Source of the DNA: a virus
Taxonomy: Duplodnaviria; Heunggongvirae; Uroviricota; Caudoviricetes
Direction: 5' to 3' (one strand)
Length of the DNA stretch: 5,567 nt
Virus record (IMG/VR): IMGVR_UViG_2681813261_000015
In this document: in pieces, positions 4,804 through 5,567 of the stretch
Position numbering within the stretch: position 1 is the first letter of the stretch
Layout: each line of letters opens with the position of its first letter
Notes under the pieces: model-generated
Told to the model about the DNA's origin: nothing
The model's database searches: none
What the model saw: only the letters and a program-made list of their open reading frames with translations
Position numbers and translations under genes: made by a program

Positions 4804-5108
4804 CATATTTGCAGAGTGCAACGGTTATTAAAGCATTCATTCAATACGTTATCTGTATTTGTAGGGCATTCCTGGCTATTTTTGATTGAATTCCAGAATG
4901 TTTTATTGAATGGTACTACGTTGTAAATGGTTACAGGTAGCACTTTGTTATTGAGCATGATGCCTGTGTGAGTCAGTGTAAATATACTTTCAGGAGGTAA
5001 GAAAGCATCCGATTGATACCAGATTATTAATTTTATTTTACTCCATATGACTGAAAAAGATATTCCGCATGATGGCTGGATAACTGTATCAATCACAATC
5101 CACTTCAT
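4773..5108 (-). CDS. orphan hypothetical protein in AT-rich cargo DNA
   Basis: 111-aa ORF with ATG start (complement of 5106-5108) and a good SD, AAGGAA, 5 nt upstream on the minus strand (complement of 5114-5119). AT-rich codon usage. Convergent with the upstream cargo. No domain recognised. Confidence 0.4.
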   Translation of the reverse strand: MKWIVIDTVIQPSCGISFSVIWSKIKLIIWYQSDAFLPPESIFTLTHTGIMLNNKVLPVTIYNVVPFNKTFWNSIKNSQECPTNTDNVLNECFNNRCTLQICPYGLKQQSP

Positions 5109-5353
5109 TTAGTTTCCTTGTTTATGCCTTGCTGGTGATGTTCTGAAAAGTATAAATGATATTTTTGAATGTAAACCATAGAGCAGAATTATTTTTCTGA
5201 TGTTGTTTATTGTTTATTTAAATGCAGGGTGGTTTATATCTCGTCTTGTAGTTTATCCATGCATATCTGCTTGATAATCAGGTTTTTATTTAAGGTATGG
5301 TTTTGTGTTTTTTCTGTATTACATGTCAGGTATTTTAAAGAATTATTTTTCAG

Positions 5354-5542
5354 ATGGTGGAAAGAACCATGGCATTTAAACACTATGATGTTGTCAGGGC
5401 GGCGCCGCCGTCAGATCTTGCGGAAAAGCTGACACATAAACTGAAAGAGGGCTGGCAGCCGTTTGGTAGTCCGGTGGCCATAACCCCTTATACCCTGAGG
5501 TGTACTGGCAATAGCGGACACTACCATTTGTTCTTTTTTTAA
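5354..5542 (+). CDS. small conserved lambdoid late-region protein that typically precedes the lysis cassette (DUF1737-like, from memory)
   Basis: ORF with ATG at 5354; a more likely start is the in-frame ATG at 5369, with GGTGG 8 nt upstream. The motif ...KHYDVVRAAPPSDLAEKLTHKLKEGWQPFGSPVA... matches a small protein I recall immediately upstream of holin genes in E. coli lambdoid prophages. The C-terminus looks atypical. Confidence 0.65.
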   Translation: MVERTMAFKHYDVVRAAPPSDLAEKLTHKLKEGWQPFGSPVAITPYTLRCTGNSGHYHLFFF

Positions 5543-5567
5543 GCAGCCATCTGATGATATTTTTCCC

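Noticed and set aside
4992-4998. Strong SD-like AGGAGGT on the plus strand
   Set aside because: No ATG, GTG or TTG start within 4-12 nt downstream; it lies inside the minus-strand ORF, so it is probably coincidental.
3540-5353. Shiga toxin (stxAB) or other recognisable toxin genes at the canonical post-tRNA site
   Set aside because: No ORF resembles Stx A or B as recalled (no long signal-peptide-bearing A subunit of about 315 aa, no ~89-aa B subunit); the ORFs present are unrelated orphans.
5229-5432. 67-aa plus-strand ORF
   Set aside because: Low-complexity translation of AT-rich DNA that runs into the start of the better-supported 5354..5542 gene in another frame.

Overview
This window reads as the early-late junction of a lambdoid prophage (E. 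coli/Shigella-like), all on the + strand until the end: a partial upstream gene, a small hypothetical gene, a RusA-family Holliday-junction resolvase and a lambda-type Q antiterminator joined by ATGA stop/start overlaps, a lambda-like late promoter (pR') with a pause element and intrinsic terminators, a small HTH-like ORF, a beta-class DNA methyltransferase, and three rare-codon tRNAs (Ile2-CAU, Arg-UCG, Arg-UCU). Downstream lies about 1.8 kb of cargo in the position where Stx-converting phages carry stxAB, ending with a small conserved gene that normally precedes the lysis cassette. No toxin gene or recognisable defence domain is present. The cargo holds two AT-rich orphan ORFs in convergent orientation flanking an ORF-poor stretch with a tandem array of three (possibly four) diverged ~90-nt units, each made of hairpins plus a Rho-independent terminator. 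That array is the best candidate here for something undescribed: a family of paralogous small structured RNAs. A 37-nt N-run (4684-4720) masks the core of the third unit. All calls are from reading the sequence; no database search was run, and no GC content or folding energy was computed.
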